Shown piece after piece: positions 44,563-54,225 of a DNA stretch of 64,000 bases; the stretch's first letter is position 1; each line of letters begins with the position of its first letter. The stretch is from a virus: positions 110,108 to 174,107 of IMG/VR virus record IMGVR_UViG_3300009158_000001, one strand, 5' to 3'. The translations under genes and the position numbers were made by a program. The notes beneath the pieces are model-generated. The model saw only the letters and a program-made list of their open reading frames with translations. It ran no database searches and was not told the DNA's origin.

Positions 44563-44928
44563 ATGAATATAATTGCAGTTCGAGATACACTTGAGAAGGC
44601 TATTGAGTCTAAGTACTGGAAATGGACCGGAGGTATGCGCGTCTATTTTCCTGAGACTAAATCTTATATCCGCATTCCCGACGGGGAGTACGAAGATCTG
44701 CCTGGTGGACTACCAGACTTTAACGATCCTGCAACAGTAGGATGTTTACTTAGTCTTGTTCGCCTAGCTTACAAAGACAACAGTATTTATGTCCGCCTTG
44801 CTGAAGGCAAAGCCGCAGAAGATCTTTATGCGATTCCCAGATGGGAAGTCAAGGGTAGAGCTTGTAATGCTTGGGGTTATCCCCTTGAAGGGCTAGCTCT
44901 TATTGATGCGCTGGAAGGCGCTCCCTAA
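44563..44928 (+). CDS. Hypothetical protein, paralog of 43991-44392
   Basis: Same shared motifs; SD GAGG. Confidence 0.75.
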   Translation: MNIIAVRDTLEKAIESKYWKWTGGMRVYFPETKSYIRIPDGEYEDLPGGLPDFNDPATVGCLLSLVRLAYKDNSIYVRLAEGKAAEDLYAIPRWEVKGRACNAWGYPLEGLALIDALEGAP

Positions 44929-45000
44929 GGTTTAAAATGTCTTATTTAAGCCATAATATTCCTACAGTTACTTGTAGAGTTTACAACCGTGGAGTAAACC

Positions 45001-46059
45001 TTGAAGTTAGACTTTAAGACTATCTATGTAGAGAATAATAACTATTCACAGTCTGAGCAAAACAGACTTGATTCTGTTCTAAATAGATTTCCTGATGCTC
45101 AGGTTAAAAAAGTTGCTAGCCATTGGAAGATTCCAGATCTAGTAGATATGGATCCTGTTGATTGGATTAAGGCTAAGAAGCACATCTTGGTTCTTGGTAA
45201 GCTTAAGATTCTTGCAAGCACAGTCAACGGTAGAAGTTCTGACTTTATTGCTCCATCTCATAGCAACGGATGCCTAAGTGCATGCCAGTATTGCTACGTT
45301 GCTCGCCGCAAGGGTGGCAGTAATCCTTTGACAGTATTTCTTAATAGTGAGAAGGTTGCTGAAAGCATTGTAGACCACTGCAATGAGCTTGGTCCTAAGA
45401 ACGAGCCTAATCAATGTGATCCCGAATACTGGATCTATGACATTGGCAACAACAATGACGTTAGTATTGACGCAATGATTAGTGACAATCCATTTGTACT
45501 AATGGAAGCTATCAAGAGTACTAAGCATGGTAAGTTGACTTTTGCAACTAAAACTGTTAATATTGATCCATTCTTAAAGTTCAATCCTAAGAGTAGAACT
45601 AGAATTCGTTACAGTTTGATGCCTCAGGCAGTGTCTAAGTATGTTGACATTAGAACTTCGCCGATCGAAGATCGCATTGATGCGATGAACGAACTTGTTG
45701 AAGCAGGCTATGAGGTCCATGCCAACTTTTCTCCTGTCATTATGTACGGAGATAAGCAGTGGAAGAAAGATTGGGTTGAGTTGTGGCGACTTATGGATAG
45801 TAAGCTGACAGACAAAGCCAAGCTTCAGATGAAATCTGAGGTTATTTTCCTAACTCACAGTACTGATTTACATGATATTAACATGCAATGGAATCCTAAG
45901 GGTGAAGAATTTCTTTGGACTCCTGAGATTCAGCAAACTAAAGCTAATAAGCCTGACGTTCTATGCTATCAGTATGGACTTAAAGGTGAAAATGTTAAAG
46001 CTTTTTCTGCTGGTATTAAGAAATTTATTCCCTGGTGTGAAGTTCGCTATGCCTTTTAA
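45001..46059 (+). CDS. Spore photoproduct lyase-family radical SAM protein
   Basis: CxxxCxxC in NGCLSACQYCY; FATK, TRIRYSLMP, NFSPVI. Confidence 0.85.
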   Translation: MKLDFKTIYVENNNYSQSEQNRLDSVLNRFPDAQVKKVASHWKIPDLVDMDPVDWIKAKKHILVLGKLKILASTVNGRSSDFIAPSHSNGCLSACQYCYVARRKGGSNPLTVFLNSEKVAESIVDHCNELGPKNEPNQCDPEYWIYDIGNNNDVSIDAMISDNPFVLMEAIKSTKHGKLTFATKTVNIDPFLKFNPKSRTRIRYSLMPQAVSKYVDIRTSPIEDRIDAMNELVEAGYEVHANFSPVIMYGDKQWKKDWVELWRLMDSKLTDKAKLQMKSEVIFLTHSTDLHDINMQWNPKGEEFLWTPEIQQTKANKPDVLCYQYGLKGENVKAFSAGIKKFIPWCEVRYAF

Positions 46060-46067
46060 GGAAATTT

Positions 46068-47129
46068 ATGCAGTTTGCTAATTCTCGTGAGATTGATACA
46101 GTAGATGTAGTCGTTGGACTTGCTTGGGGTGACGAAGGCAAAGGCAAGGTCGTTAGTTCATTGGTTAATTACCAGCACTATGACTTTGTCTGTCGCTTTA
46201 ACGGCGGCCCTAATGCAGGTCATACTGTTTACTTGGATGGTAAGCAGTACAAGACTCATCTTATTCCTAGTGGTGTATTCCATGGCGTTCCTAGCATTAT
46301 CGGTCCTGCTTGCGTAATTAACGTTAGCAAGTTCATGGCAGAGATTGCCTATCTAGAAGCTAATGGGTTTGATACAAGTCTTGTTAAGGTTTCACCTAAG
46401 GCTCATGTAATTACTCAGGATCACATTAGCTATGACACTAATTATCTTTCGCATCTTGGTACTACCGGACAAGGTATTGCTCCATGTTACTCGGACAAAA
46501 TGTTGCGTAAAGGAATTCGTGCAGCTGAAATCCTTGATCCTAAGTGGATCTGGGATGAAAAACTTTTTGGTTGTATCCTAGCCGAAGGAGCGCAGAGTGT
46601 TTGGCTAGATATCGACCATGGATCATACCCCTACGTTACTAGTAGTTCTACTTTGCCTTATAATGCTTGTTCACTAGGCTTCTCGCCTATGGACATTACT
46701 CGTATTATTGGCATTGGTAAGATGTACGACACTAAGAGCGGCGCTGATCCTATGTTCCCTATTAGCCTAATGGAAGATCCAGTTCTTGCTGAGATTGGCA
46801 GAATTGGCAAGGAGCAAGGTACTACGACCGGACGTCAAAGAATTATTAATTATCTTAATCTTGATAAAATGATTGCTGCAATTCGCTTGTCTGGTGTTAC
46901 TTGCGTTGTACTTAATAAGGGTGACATTCTAACTAAGATAGAAGAAGGTAACCCATTCAAGTTCCGCTACCGTGACGAACTTGTTACATGTAAAACACTC
47001 AAAGAAATGCAGACTACTATTGCAGAGATCATCGAGGGCGAATGCTCTAATCTTCTTGAGGAAGATGTTATTTTCTCTGATCATCCAGAATTTGTTAATT
47101 GGGAGGACTACTTTGCATGGCAGAGCTAG
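46068..47129 (+). CDS. purA: Adenylosuccinate synthetase
   Basis: WGDEGKGK, GGPNAGHT, HLIPSG, GTTGQGI, EGAQ, YPYVTSS, GTTTGR.R. Confidence 0.92.
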   Translation: MQFANSREIDTVDVVVGLAWGDEGKGKVVSSLVNYQHYDFVCRFNGGPNAGHTVYLDGKQYKTHLIPSGVFHGVPSIIGPACVINVSKFMAEIAYLEANGFDTSLVKVSPKAHVITQDHISYDTNYLSHLGTTGQGIAPCYSDKMLRKGIRAAEILDPKWIWDEKLFGCILAEGAQSVWLDIDHGSYPYVTSSSTLPYNACSLGFSPMDITRIIGIGKMYDTKSGADPMFPISLMEDPVLAEIGRIGKEQGTTTGRQRIINYLNLDKMIAAIRLSGVTCVVLNKGDILTKIEEGNPFKFRYRDELVTCKTLKEMQTTIAEIIEGECSNLLEEDVIFSDHPEFVNWEDYFAWQS

Positions 47130-48265
47130 AAACTGTTGATGATAGTGTAACTAATTACTTTTTGCCTACACTTTATAAGAAAGTAAATGGCAATAAGATT
47201 GAGGAATGGACCATTGCCGTTTTAGGTAATGGTTCATTTTATACAACCAGTGGGCATATTGATGGTATTAAGACTACCAGTAAGCCTACTGTTTGCGAGC
47301 CAATGAATGTTGGCAAGAAGAATGCGACTACTGCGGCTGACCAAGCTGCAAAGGAAGCAAAAGCTAAGTGGGATAAGCAGATCAAGAAGGGTTATACTGA
47401 GACTGTCGAAAGCGTAGATGAGGCTCTACCTTATCAGGTAATGCTCGCTAAGAGCTACGATGACTACGCAGATGACATTACTTGGCCTGCCTACACTCAG
47501 CCTAAGCTAGATGGTATTCGATGCCGGATCAATAAGGATGGTATGTGGACTAGAAACAATGAAAAGATTGTATCGTGTCCTCACATTAACTCAGCTCTTG
47601 AGCCATTCTTTGAGAAGTGTCCAGATGTCCAGCTAGATGGTGAACTTTACAATCATGAATTTAAGGATAACTTTAATAGGATTGTAGAACTTGTTAAGCG
47701 CCAAAAAATTGACGATGCTCAGCTTGCTGAAAGCAAGAAGTATATTCAGTTCTGGTGCTACGACAATATGGTAAGTGGTAACTTCATTGACCGCCTTAAG
47801 TTCTTTAAGCAATACAATACGTTTGGTATGAAGCTGATCGACATGAAATATGTCACAACAGTTGAAACACACACTGTAAACAGCCAGGAAGAAGTCCAGG
47901 CTAAGCTTAGTGCATATCTTAAGGAAGGATATGAAGGTCTTATGCTTAGAAGAAATACTGCTTATGAGAATAAGCGAAGTAAGAATCTTCTAAAGCTTAA
48001 GAAGTTTATCGATAGCGAGTATGAGATTGTTAACGTTGTTGAGGGCGAGGGGAACAAGTCTGGCATGGCTGGGGCATTTACCCTAGTCATGTCAGACGGC
48101 CGCCACTTTAATAGTAATATTATGGGCCCCCACGAGTATCTTGTAAGACTATGGGAGAGCAAGGATTCACTTATAGGTAAGCAGGTAACTATTCAATATT
48201 TCAATCTAACCCCTGATGGGGTACCTAGGTTTCCATATGCGAAAGCATTAAGAGACTACGAATAA
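47117..48265 (+). CDS. ATP-dependent DNA ligase
   Basis: QPKLDGIR (KxDG), LDGELY, EGLMLR, LLKLK, PRFP. Confidence 0.92.
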   Translation: MAELETVDDSVTNYFLPTLYKKVNGNKIEEWTIAVLGNGSFYTTSGHIDGIKTTSKPTVCEPMNVGKKNATTAADQAAKEAKAKWDKQIKKGYTETVESVDEALPYQVMLAKSYDDYADDITWPAYTQPKLDGIRCRINKDGMWTRNNEKIVSCPHINSALEPFFEKCPDVQLDGELYNHEFKDNFNRIVELVKRQKIDDAQLAESKKYIQFWCYDNMVSGNFIDRLKFFKQYNTFGMKLIDMKYVTTVETHTVNSQEEVQAKLSAYLKEGYEGLMLRRNTAYENKRSKNLLKLKKFIDSEYEIVNVVEGEGNKSGMAGAFTLVMSDGRHFNSNIMGPHEYLVRLWESKDSLIGKQVTIQYFNLTPDGVPRFPYAKALRDYE

Positions 48266-48277
48266 AGGAAATAATTT

Positions 48278-48673
48278 ATGGAGTATAACCTGAGTAAGAA
48301 AGAACTAGGATATATTCGAGTTGCTATTAAACAAGCTAGACGATCCAGTTATGAAAGGTTCTGCCATGGCGCAGTCCTAATTAAGGGTGGTACAATCATT
48401 AGTACCGGTTTTAACACGGTCAAAGGTTCACCCTTCCTAAAGCATAACTTCCCGAATAGTTTAAGAGATACAATGCACGCTGAGATGACATGTCTACATG
48501 GATTCCCTACTAGCGACCTTAGTGGTGCTAGCTTGTATGTAGTTAGGGTTCAACCTAACACTCTTGAACTTAAGAATAGTAAGCCTTGTGCGCTCTGCGA
48601 AGAGCTCATTAGCTGGTACCCTTTGAAAAAGGTAATCTATTCTAATGGAGGAGGGTTGTTTAGCGCATTGTAA
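48278..48673 (+). CDS. Cytidine/dCMP deaminase-family protein
   Basis: HGAV, GFN, HAE, SKPCALC. Confidence 0.85.
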   Translation: MEYNLSKKELGYIRVAIKQARRSSYERFCHGAVLIKGGTIISTGFNTVKGSPFLKHNFPNSLRDTMHAEMTCLHGFPTSDLSGASLYVVRVQPNTLELKNSKPCALCEELISWYPLKKVIYSNGGGLFSAL

Positions 48674-48685
48674 TACAAGGAGAAA

Positions 48686-49231
48686 ATGCTTACGAAAATA
48701 CTAATGTTGTTGTGGATGTGGAGTACGCCAATGAAGAATTTCATTGAGTATGACGCAATCAAAGCAACAGACACATATCGGATCTTGGATAAATATGAAT
48801 ACATCTCTGATTCAGATAAATACTTAATCTCTGATGCAATTGAAAAAACTTCAATTGACAAAGAATTATCCAAGGAAGAAAAAGCAATTGTTCTAGCCGT
48901 CGCATTCCAAGAAAGCAGATTTACTAAAGAGGCAATGGGCTCTTCTGGCGAATGTGGTCTGTATCAACAGATACCTAAATGGCTACCTAATAAAGAATTG
49001 CGTAAAATGAAATACGATGATGCTTGTGATCTGCTAAAGAACCCATATAGTGGAACTAAAGAGTTCATAAATACCTATAGGCACCTTGAGAAACGCTATA
49101 AACAAGACTGGCCTTGCCATTATAATCAAGGCATTGTTTGCGGAGCTAGAGGCTATGCCTATTTGAAGAATCATTATCGATTGAGGAGACAGTTTGAGCG
49201 TCAGCAAGATAGATACGCCCAGCTTAACTAA
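48686..49231 (+). CDS. SLT/lytic transglycosylase-like protein
   Basis: AVAFQESRF, GLYQ, HYNQG; hydrophobic N-terminus. Confidence 0.7.
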   Translation: MLTKILMLLWMWSTPMKNFIEYDAIKATDTYRILDKYEYISDSDKYLISDAIEKTSIDKELSKEEKAIVLAVAFQESRFTKEAMGSSGECGLYQQIPKWLPNKELRKMKYDDACDLLKNPYSGTKEFINTYRHLEKRYKQDWPCHYNQGIVCGARGYAYLKNHYRLRRQFERQQDRYAQLN

Positions 49232-49778
49232 TGATCAGATTATCTGGCAAATAGTAATATGGTTCTATACTCAAGTATTAGATATTACTGATTATTTCAG
49301 TGATACACTTTTAGTTGATGTAAAAGATATTACCTTTCCAGAAACTCTAAATACTTTAGACTTAGATAAATACTATTATGATTTAAATAGTTATACAGCT
49401 ATAGAAGACTATACAAAAAAATTCAAACAACATCCCGACTCTAGAGCGTTCTTTGTATTTGAGTTAGCTATATTCTTTTATCTGCATGCTAAATTAGGTC
49501 ATAACATAGTGTTTTATCCTAGTGAAAGTTTTAGGAAGAAGAACGTATTCTTTATAGAGGAGGAAAACACCGTCTACTATATTAAATATGGGGACGATGC
49601 AACCTATGATTCTATAAGGAATATTGTTCTTGATCTTAGTAAGAAGCATAAGATATGCAAGTACAAAATATTAACTTTAGATAAAGACTTTAAAAAAACT
49701 AAGATGTTTAAACGTTTTGTTTTTGATCTTTCTAGTTTGAAAGATTTAAATAAAATGACAAAACATCTTGAGGAGTAA
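49194..49778 (+). CDS. Hypothetical protein
   Basis: Open frame; GGAG before a TTG start. Confidence 0.65.
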   Translation: MSVSKIDTPSLTNDQIIWQIVIWFYTQVLDITDYFSDTLLVDVKDITFPETLNTLDLDKYYYDLNSYTAIEDYTKKFKQHPDSRAFFVFELAIFFYLHAKLGHNIVFYPSESFRKKNVFFIEEENTVYYIKYGDDATYDSIRNIVLDLSKKHKICKYKILTLDKDFKKTKMFKRFVFDLSSLKDLNKMTKHLEE

Positions 49779-49779
49779 G

Positions 49780-50412
49780 ATGCAGATTGAAAAAGTTATT
49801 GCTACTATTAGAAAATCTAATATAGGCAGTGTCCTTTATAAGGCCAAGCCAACAGGTAATTTTTTAGGAGTATTTGGAGTAAAAGAAAGACCGTTAGACG
49901 ACGTGTTTCTTGAAACTGGAGATCTTATGGATTTAGATTTAGCTCCTCTAGTCATTCAATCGTATAAACGTTTTAGGAAATCTATTCCTAAGGATTTTGC
50001 ATTGATTGCATATCCTGAAGCTTTTACTAAGATTGGAGATGAGACTTTTATCTCTAACCAATTTCATATGATTGATTTGGATTTGTATACCTACCTTATA
50101 ACTATTGAAGCAATTAATAAGACTAATGTAAATATTCAATCTACCAATTATGGAGAATTGTTTTATTTAGATGGTCGGCTAGTTGATTATAGTTCCCTAA
50201 TTCAAAAGAATATATTTGATTACTCTTTTATTCTTAATCAACATAGTGTTCTTGTTCCTTATATTTATAAGAAACGAGATGCAAACTTTTTTACAGACCA
50301 AACAGTTGAAGACTTTTTGTTTAACTTTAAGAAGTCATTTAGTAATCTTGATATTGAAGCAAGTTTTAATTCATTAGAAATATTGTCTAATATTGGAAAT
50401 CTTACAACATAA
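49780..50412 (+). CDS. Hypothetical protein
   Basis: SD GAGGAG. Confidence 0.7.
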   Translation: MQIEKVIATIRKSNIGSVLYKAKPTGNFLGVFGVKERPLDDVFLETGDLMDLDLAPLVIQSYKRFRKSIPKDFALIAYPEAFTKIGDETFISNQFHMIDLDLYTYLITIEAINKTNVNIQSTNYGELFYLDGRLVDYSSLIQKNIFDYSFILNQHSVLVPYIYKKRDANFFTDQTVEDFLFNFKKSFSNLDIEASFNSLEILSNIGNLTT

Positions 50413-50421
50413 GGATATAGA

Positions 50422-50937
50422 ATGTCAAATACTAATAATTCAGAGACTCAGCCTACTATTCGTTACACTTCCGAGTACAATGTTACTGCTTACTGGCGTA
50501 GCATTGATACTTACAACACGACTCGCAATGAGAACTTTGCTGTTCGTGCTCGTGATATCGGCCGTTCATGCGGTATTTCAACTACTCAGGTTAGTAAGGA
50601 CCTGAATATCTCTACGACTACTCTTACCAATCTTATTCGTAATCGCAATAAGACTGACGGTCGCTTTGACAACGTCATTACGACGCTTGTACAGGCTCGT
50701 GAGTACCGTACCCGCACAGGTAAGGTGCATCCTATGCATCGTTCACTTGTCCATGCTGTATCAACCAAGTATTCAACGCGTATTGCTGCTGCATTGGCTG
50801 GTATCTCACCTAGCACTGCTAGCGTTTGGACTCAGCAGGAGCGTAAGGAGATTTCTCGTCGCTTTGCCGAGTCGTTTCTCACTGACCTTTCTAGCATTGG
50901 TTCTTCCACTTTCCAAGTTACAAATACTAGAAAGTAA
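50422..50937 (+). CDS. Putative HTH DNA-binding protein
   Basis: Two HTH-like segments: TTQVSKDLNISTTTLTNLI and TRIAAALAGISPSTASVW. Confidence 0.6.
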   Translation: MSNTNNSETQPTIRYTSEYNVTAYWRSIDTYNTTRNENFAVRARDIGRSCGISTTQVSKDLNISTTTLTNLIRNRNKTDGRFDNVITTLVQAREYRTRTGKVHPMHRSLVHAVSTKYSTRIAAALAGISPSTASVWTQQERKEISRRFAESFLTDLSSIGSSTFQVTNTRK

Positions 50938-50953
50938 ACTAGAGGTTTAAATT

Positions 50954-51214
50954 ATGGGACTTATTTTAGCTGCTATATTTTTTGGAATATTACTAGGTTA
51001 TTCAACCTACCATACATTTACAAAATTACCAATGAAGATTCAAATGTTTTGCTTTAAACACGAATTCTTTTTTGATGCTGCAGTTACAATTGCAAATCTA
51101 CTGTTTATAACTGGCATTTCAATGTCATTTATGGCAGTAGCTGCAGGTGTAGTTAGCGAATTTACTTGTCTAGCTTTATTTGCAAATCGTAAACGACAAT
51201 TAATGTCCGCATAG
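50954..51214 (+). CDS. Small membrane protein
   Basis: Two to three hydrophobic stretches. Confidence 0.7.
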   Translation: MGLILAAIFFGILLGYSTYHTFTKLPMKIQMFCFKHEFFFDAAVTIANLLFITGISMSFMAVAAGVVSEFTCLALFANRKRQLMSA

Positions 51215-51250
51215 CGACTATTATAATTACCTTAATTATGGAGAATTACT

Positions 51251-51994
51251 TTGAGTGATGTTAAGTTTGCTAGTCTACTAGCTATTAGAGAGTTTGATAG
51301 ACATCGGAACATTACAGTGCTTGAGCCCAAAGACTTCGTTGATATGCCTGTTGAAAAGCATATTAAGGCTCTTGCAGCTTTTGCACGTGATAAGCAAAGG
51401 GCTTTGTCTTTGCTTAAAATTGCCAATGAAGACCGTTACGACAGAGATCTTAGTGACTCCGACTTGGAACTAATCGACATTCTTCTAGATAGCTATATGC
51501 GTTTCTCTACTACTGAGGCTTATGATGCTAGATGTATTAGCATTGCCTATAAGGAAGTTGGACTTTATTCCTATGACTTTGGGATTGCTATTACATCTCC
51601 TGAGGATCAGTACAATAAGTATCTTGGTAGAAACCTTGCTGCTATTAGATTAGAAGATTCTTCTTCGCCGTTTTGTTGGCATGTTGATATTAAGGAAACT
51701 GACACTGATAGATCAGTTAAAGTTTACTCACGTGCAGAAAACAATCTTCGATATGTAGATGAAGTTATTCTTCCGATTGCAGATCTTACCTATGGTACGG
51801 CTGAGTGCCCTAATATAAGATCAATTACCAAGATCATCTATCAGACACTTAGTACTCTTAGAGATGTTCCTTGGAGTCCTTCCCTTTTTAGTTGGAGAGA
51901 TTATGAGCGCCGACTCCTTGAATTCAGAAACTATCCTTACAGTAGCGCAGACTTTAGGAACCCTCGTTTCACAGAAGAATGCTGCATATGGTGA
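51251..51994 (+). CDS. Hypothetical phage protein
   Basis: GIAITSPEDQYNKYLGRNLA..RL pattern; GGAG + TTG start. Confidence 0.7.
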   Translation: MSDVKFASLLAIREFDRHRNITVLEPKDFVDMPVEKHIKALAAFARDKQRALSLLKIANEDRYDRDLSDSDLELIDILLDSYMRFSTTEAYDARCISIAYKEVGLYSYDFGIAITSPEDQYNKYLGRNLAAIRLEDSSSPFCWHVDIKETDTDRSVKVYSRAENNLRYVDEVILPIADLTYGTAECPNIRSITKIIYQTLSTLRDVPWSPSLFSWRDYERRLLEFRNYPYSSADFRNPRFTEECCIW

Positions 51995-52208
51995 TGCATT
52001 TTCTCAGGCTGGTGATGTCATTCGGGTCTTGTACCCGGATGGCGTCAAGCCAGAGCAATACGTTGACCTTTTGGTTACTGTCCGTATCGTAGATAAGTTA
52101 TTTCGCATTGCTAATCGAAAAGATGCCTTTGGTGAAAGTCCCTGGCAGGATGTTGCTGGCTATGGTTTACTAATGACAGCTTACGACAAAGTAAATACAA
52201 TTAAATAA
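51903..52208 (+). CDS. Nucleotide-modification-associated (DUF1599-like) helical protein
   Basis: KNAAYGDAF, RIVDKLFRI, ESPWQDVAGY. Confidence 0.65.
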   Translation: MSADSLNSETILTVAQTLGTLVSQKNAAYGDAFSQAGDVIRVLYPDGVKPEQYVDLLVTVRIVDKLFRIANRKDAFGESPWQDVAGYGLLMTAYDKVNTIK

Positions 52209-52336
52209 ATCTGTTATCTTATTAAAGGTTATTCATGACAGACATAGAGTTAGCTAGAATATTAATGAAAACAATCAATAAGAAGAATTATTTTTCTATT
52301 GTTAATTACCAATAAATTAGAGGATTACTAGTAATT

Positions 52337-52549
52337 ATGGGCAGAAGCTATAGAGATGATTACACTGAGCATGAGGTTAAAGCTTTTAATGCACAGAGAA
52401 GCAATACAAGAGAACTTAAAACTTTTATAACTGTGTCTGAAGAAGACGGAGTTAGTTGCCCTAAGTGCAAAAAGTTTTTAACTTATATTTACTTGGCTCG
52501 TAACACTAAATGTTATAGCTGTAGCACAGAAATCGAAGTCAATGACTAG
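52337..52549 (+). CDS. Small zinc-ribbon protein
   Basis: CPKC...CYSC. Confidence 0.6.
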   Translation: MGRSYRDDYTEHEVKAFNAQRSNTRELKTFITVSEEDGVSCPKCKKFLTYIYLARNTKCYSCSTEIEVND

Positions 52550-52802
52550 ATTGCTGATTGCTAGTAATTCCAAAGTCCAACGTGCAGTATTGGAGATGCA
52601 AAATATCTATATTGCACATGGACCTATCCTTAGTCAGATAGACGACGGAGTAAATGAGGCAACTCTTTATTTCCGTCGCTCTGTCTGGTCTAAAGAACTT
52701 GATCTTACTTTAAGATCACTTGCAGATCTATTAGAGTGTTCTGTTACCGAATATCTTTATGATAAAGATTCAGGACAAATTATTGTGTGCTTTAAACGAT
52801 AA
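52542..52802 (+). CDS. Hypothetical protein
   Basis: Overlapping start and operon packing. Confidence 0.6.
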   Translation: MTRLLIASNSKVQRAVLEMQNIYIAHGPILSQIDDGVNEATLYFRRSVWSKELDLTLRSLADLLECSVTEYLYDKDSGQIIVCFKR

Positions 52803-52811
52803 GGAGGTCCT

Positions 52812-53705
52812 ATGACTTGCATTCTAGGATATTCAAATACAGGTATTGATACTACTACTGGCATGCCTACTAACATGGATCTTGATCCATTGCTTAAGTC
52901 AGTTTTACTAAAGGCAGACAGTCGAGTAAGTTATGCTGATTACGGCTTTATGCTTAAGCAGCCTAAGATTTTTATTCGTGATGACATTATGTTTGGTTAC
53001 GCTGGCGTTCTTAAGGATGCCCAGCTGTTCCAACATACTTATTACGAGCTTGTTCGGCCTGAGGATGTAAGCGATATTGCTTATATTCACAACGTACTTA
53101 ACGAGATTATTCCTGCAAGTATGCAGAGTAAGATGGTTAGTAAAGGCCGTGGAACAGATGACATGGATCCATTGCCAGCAAGCAATCTTAACCTACTGGT
53201 TGGCTATCGCGGTAACCTTTATCATGTAGATGCATTCCTTTGCGTTACACTACTTGCTGAGCCTTTTCAGGCTACAGGGAGTGGCCAACCTACTGCGCTT
53301 GGCGCCTATGCGTTAGCTCGTCGTCTAGGTCTTCTTGATCCTACAGATGATGATTCTATCCATCTTGACGGTGAGCAACTACTAGATACTGTTATGGATT
53401 CAGTTTGTGATATTCATATGGGTGTAGCTGGTCCATTCTGTATGGTCGAACAAGTATATAATACTGAAACAAAAGAGACAATTTATGTTGTAAAGGAAAC
53501 TTACAGTGAAGTAGATACTATTTTCACTAAGCCTTTCCCCCACAAGCTATCTATTATTTATGATACTGATGACCAGTTTGTTCAATATGGCAAAGTCCAT
53601 AGTCCTAAAACAAAATCAACTCCAAAGCTAGCTTCGCCTAAGAAGTCTAAGGGTAAATCAAAGAAGAATTCTGCAACTGATAAGAAAAAGAAAGGATCCG
53701 ATTAA
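52812..53705 (+). CDS. Ntn-hydrolase (HslV/proteasome-beta-like) protein
   Basis: N-terminal MTCI, ADSRVS, PKIF, GYAG, ATGSG. Confidence 0.7.
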   Translation: MTCILGYSNTGIDTTTGMPTNMDLDPLLKSVLLKADSRVSYADYGFMLKQPKIFIRDDIMFGYAGVLKDAQLFQHTYYELVRPEDVSDIAYIHNVLNEIIPASMQSKMVSKGRGTDDMDPLPASNLNLLVGYRGNLYHVDAFLCVTLLAEPFQATGSGQPTALGAYALARRLGLLDPTDDDSIHLDGEQLLDTVMDSVCDIHMGVAGPFCMVEQVYNTETKETIYVVKETYSEVDTIFTKPFPHKLSIIYDTDDQFVQYGKVHSPKTKSTPKLASPKKSKGKSKKNSATDKKKKGSD

Positions 53706-53707
53706 TT

Positions 53708-54223
53708 ATGTCTGACTACAAATACAATGGTTTACATTTAATTTATGATGCTGGCGCAAAGTCAGTACCATCAACCGATAGATTAAATCCTCTTAATGAT
53801 CCTAGTATGGGTCATAAAGTTGTATCAGCCCTTGTAGATGCTATAGACATGACATTAATTGTTCCTCCACTTACTATAGAATTCCCACATAACAAGTGTG
53901 AACTTGAGCGAGTCCTTCAGCGTTTAGATGCTGAGGGTCTTGCTGACTCTGCCACTGCTCAGTTTATTGCAAATGCTCTGAGAGAGCGTGCTGAACAAAC
54001 ATATGGATATAGTACAATTGCAATGATTGCAGAATCGCATATTGCATTTCATACATTCCCTGAGCAAGGCTTTGTCACAGCAGATGTTTACTCTTGTAAA
54101 GATTTTGATGCAAAGCTTGTTGAAGAAATATTTGACAGGATGTTCTTTCCTGGAAAACAAGATATTGAGAAGAGTGTTCATATGGTCCGTAGAACTTTGG
54201 ACCTGTCTCGTTTCGCGGAGTAA
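53708..54223 (+). CDS. speD: S-adenosylmethionine decarboxylase proenzyme
   Basis: GLHLIYD, IAESHIAFHTFPE, DVYSC. Confidence 0.85.
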   Translation: MSDYKYNGLHLIYDAGAKSVPSTDRLNPLNDPSMGHKVVSALVDAIDMTLIVPPLTIEFPHNKCELERVLQRLDAEGLADSATAQFIANALRERAEQTYGYSTIAMIAESHIAFHTFPEQGFVTADVYSCKDFDAKLVEEIFDRMFFPGKQDIEKSVHMVRRTLDLSRFAE

Positions 54224-54225
54224 AA

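Noticed and set aside
46068-47129. PurZ (Z-genome pathway)
   Set aside because: It has GDEGKG, with the Asp typical of PurA, not the Ser of PurZ.
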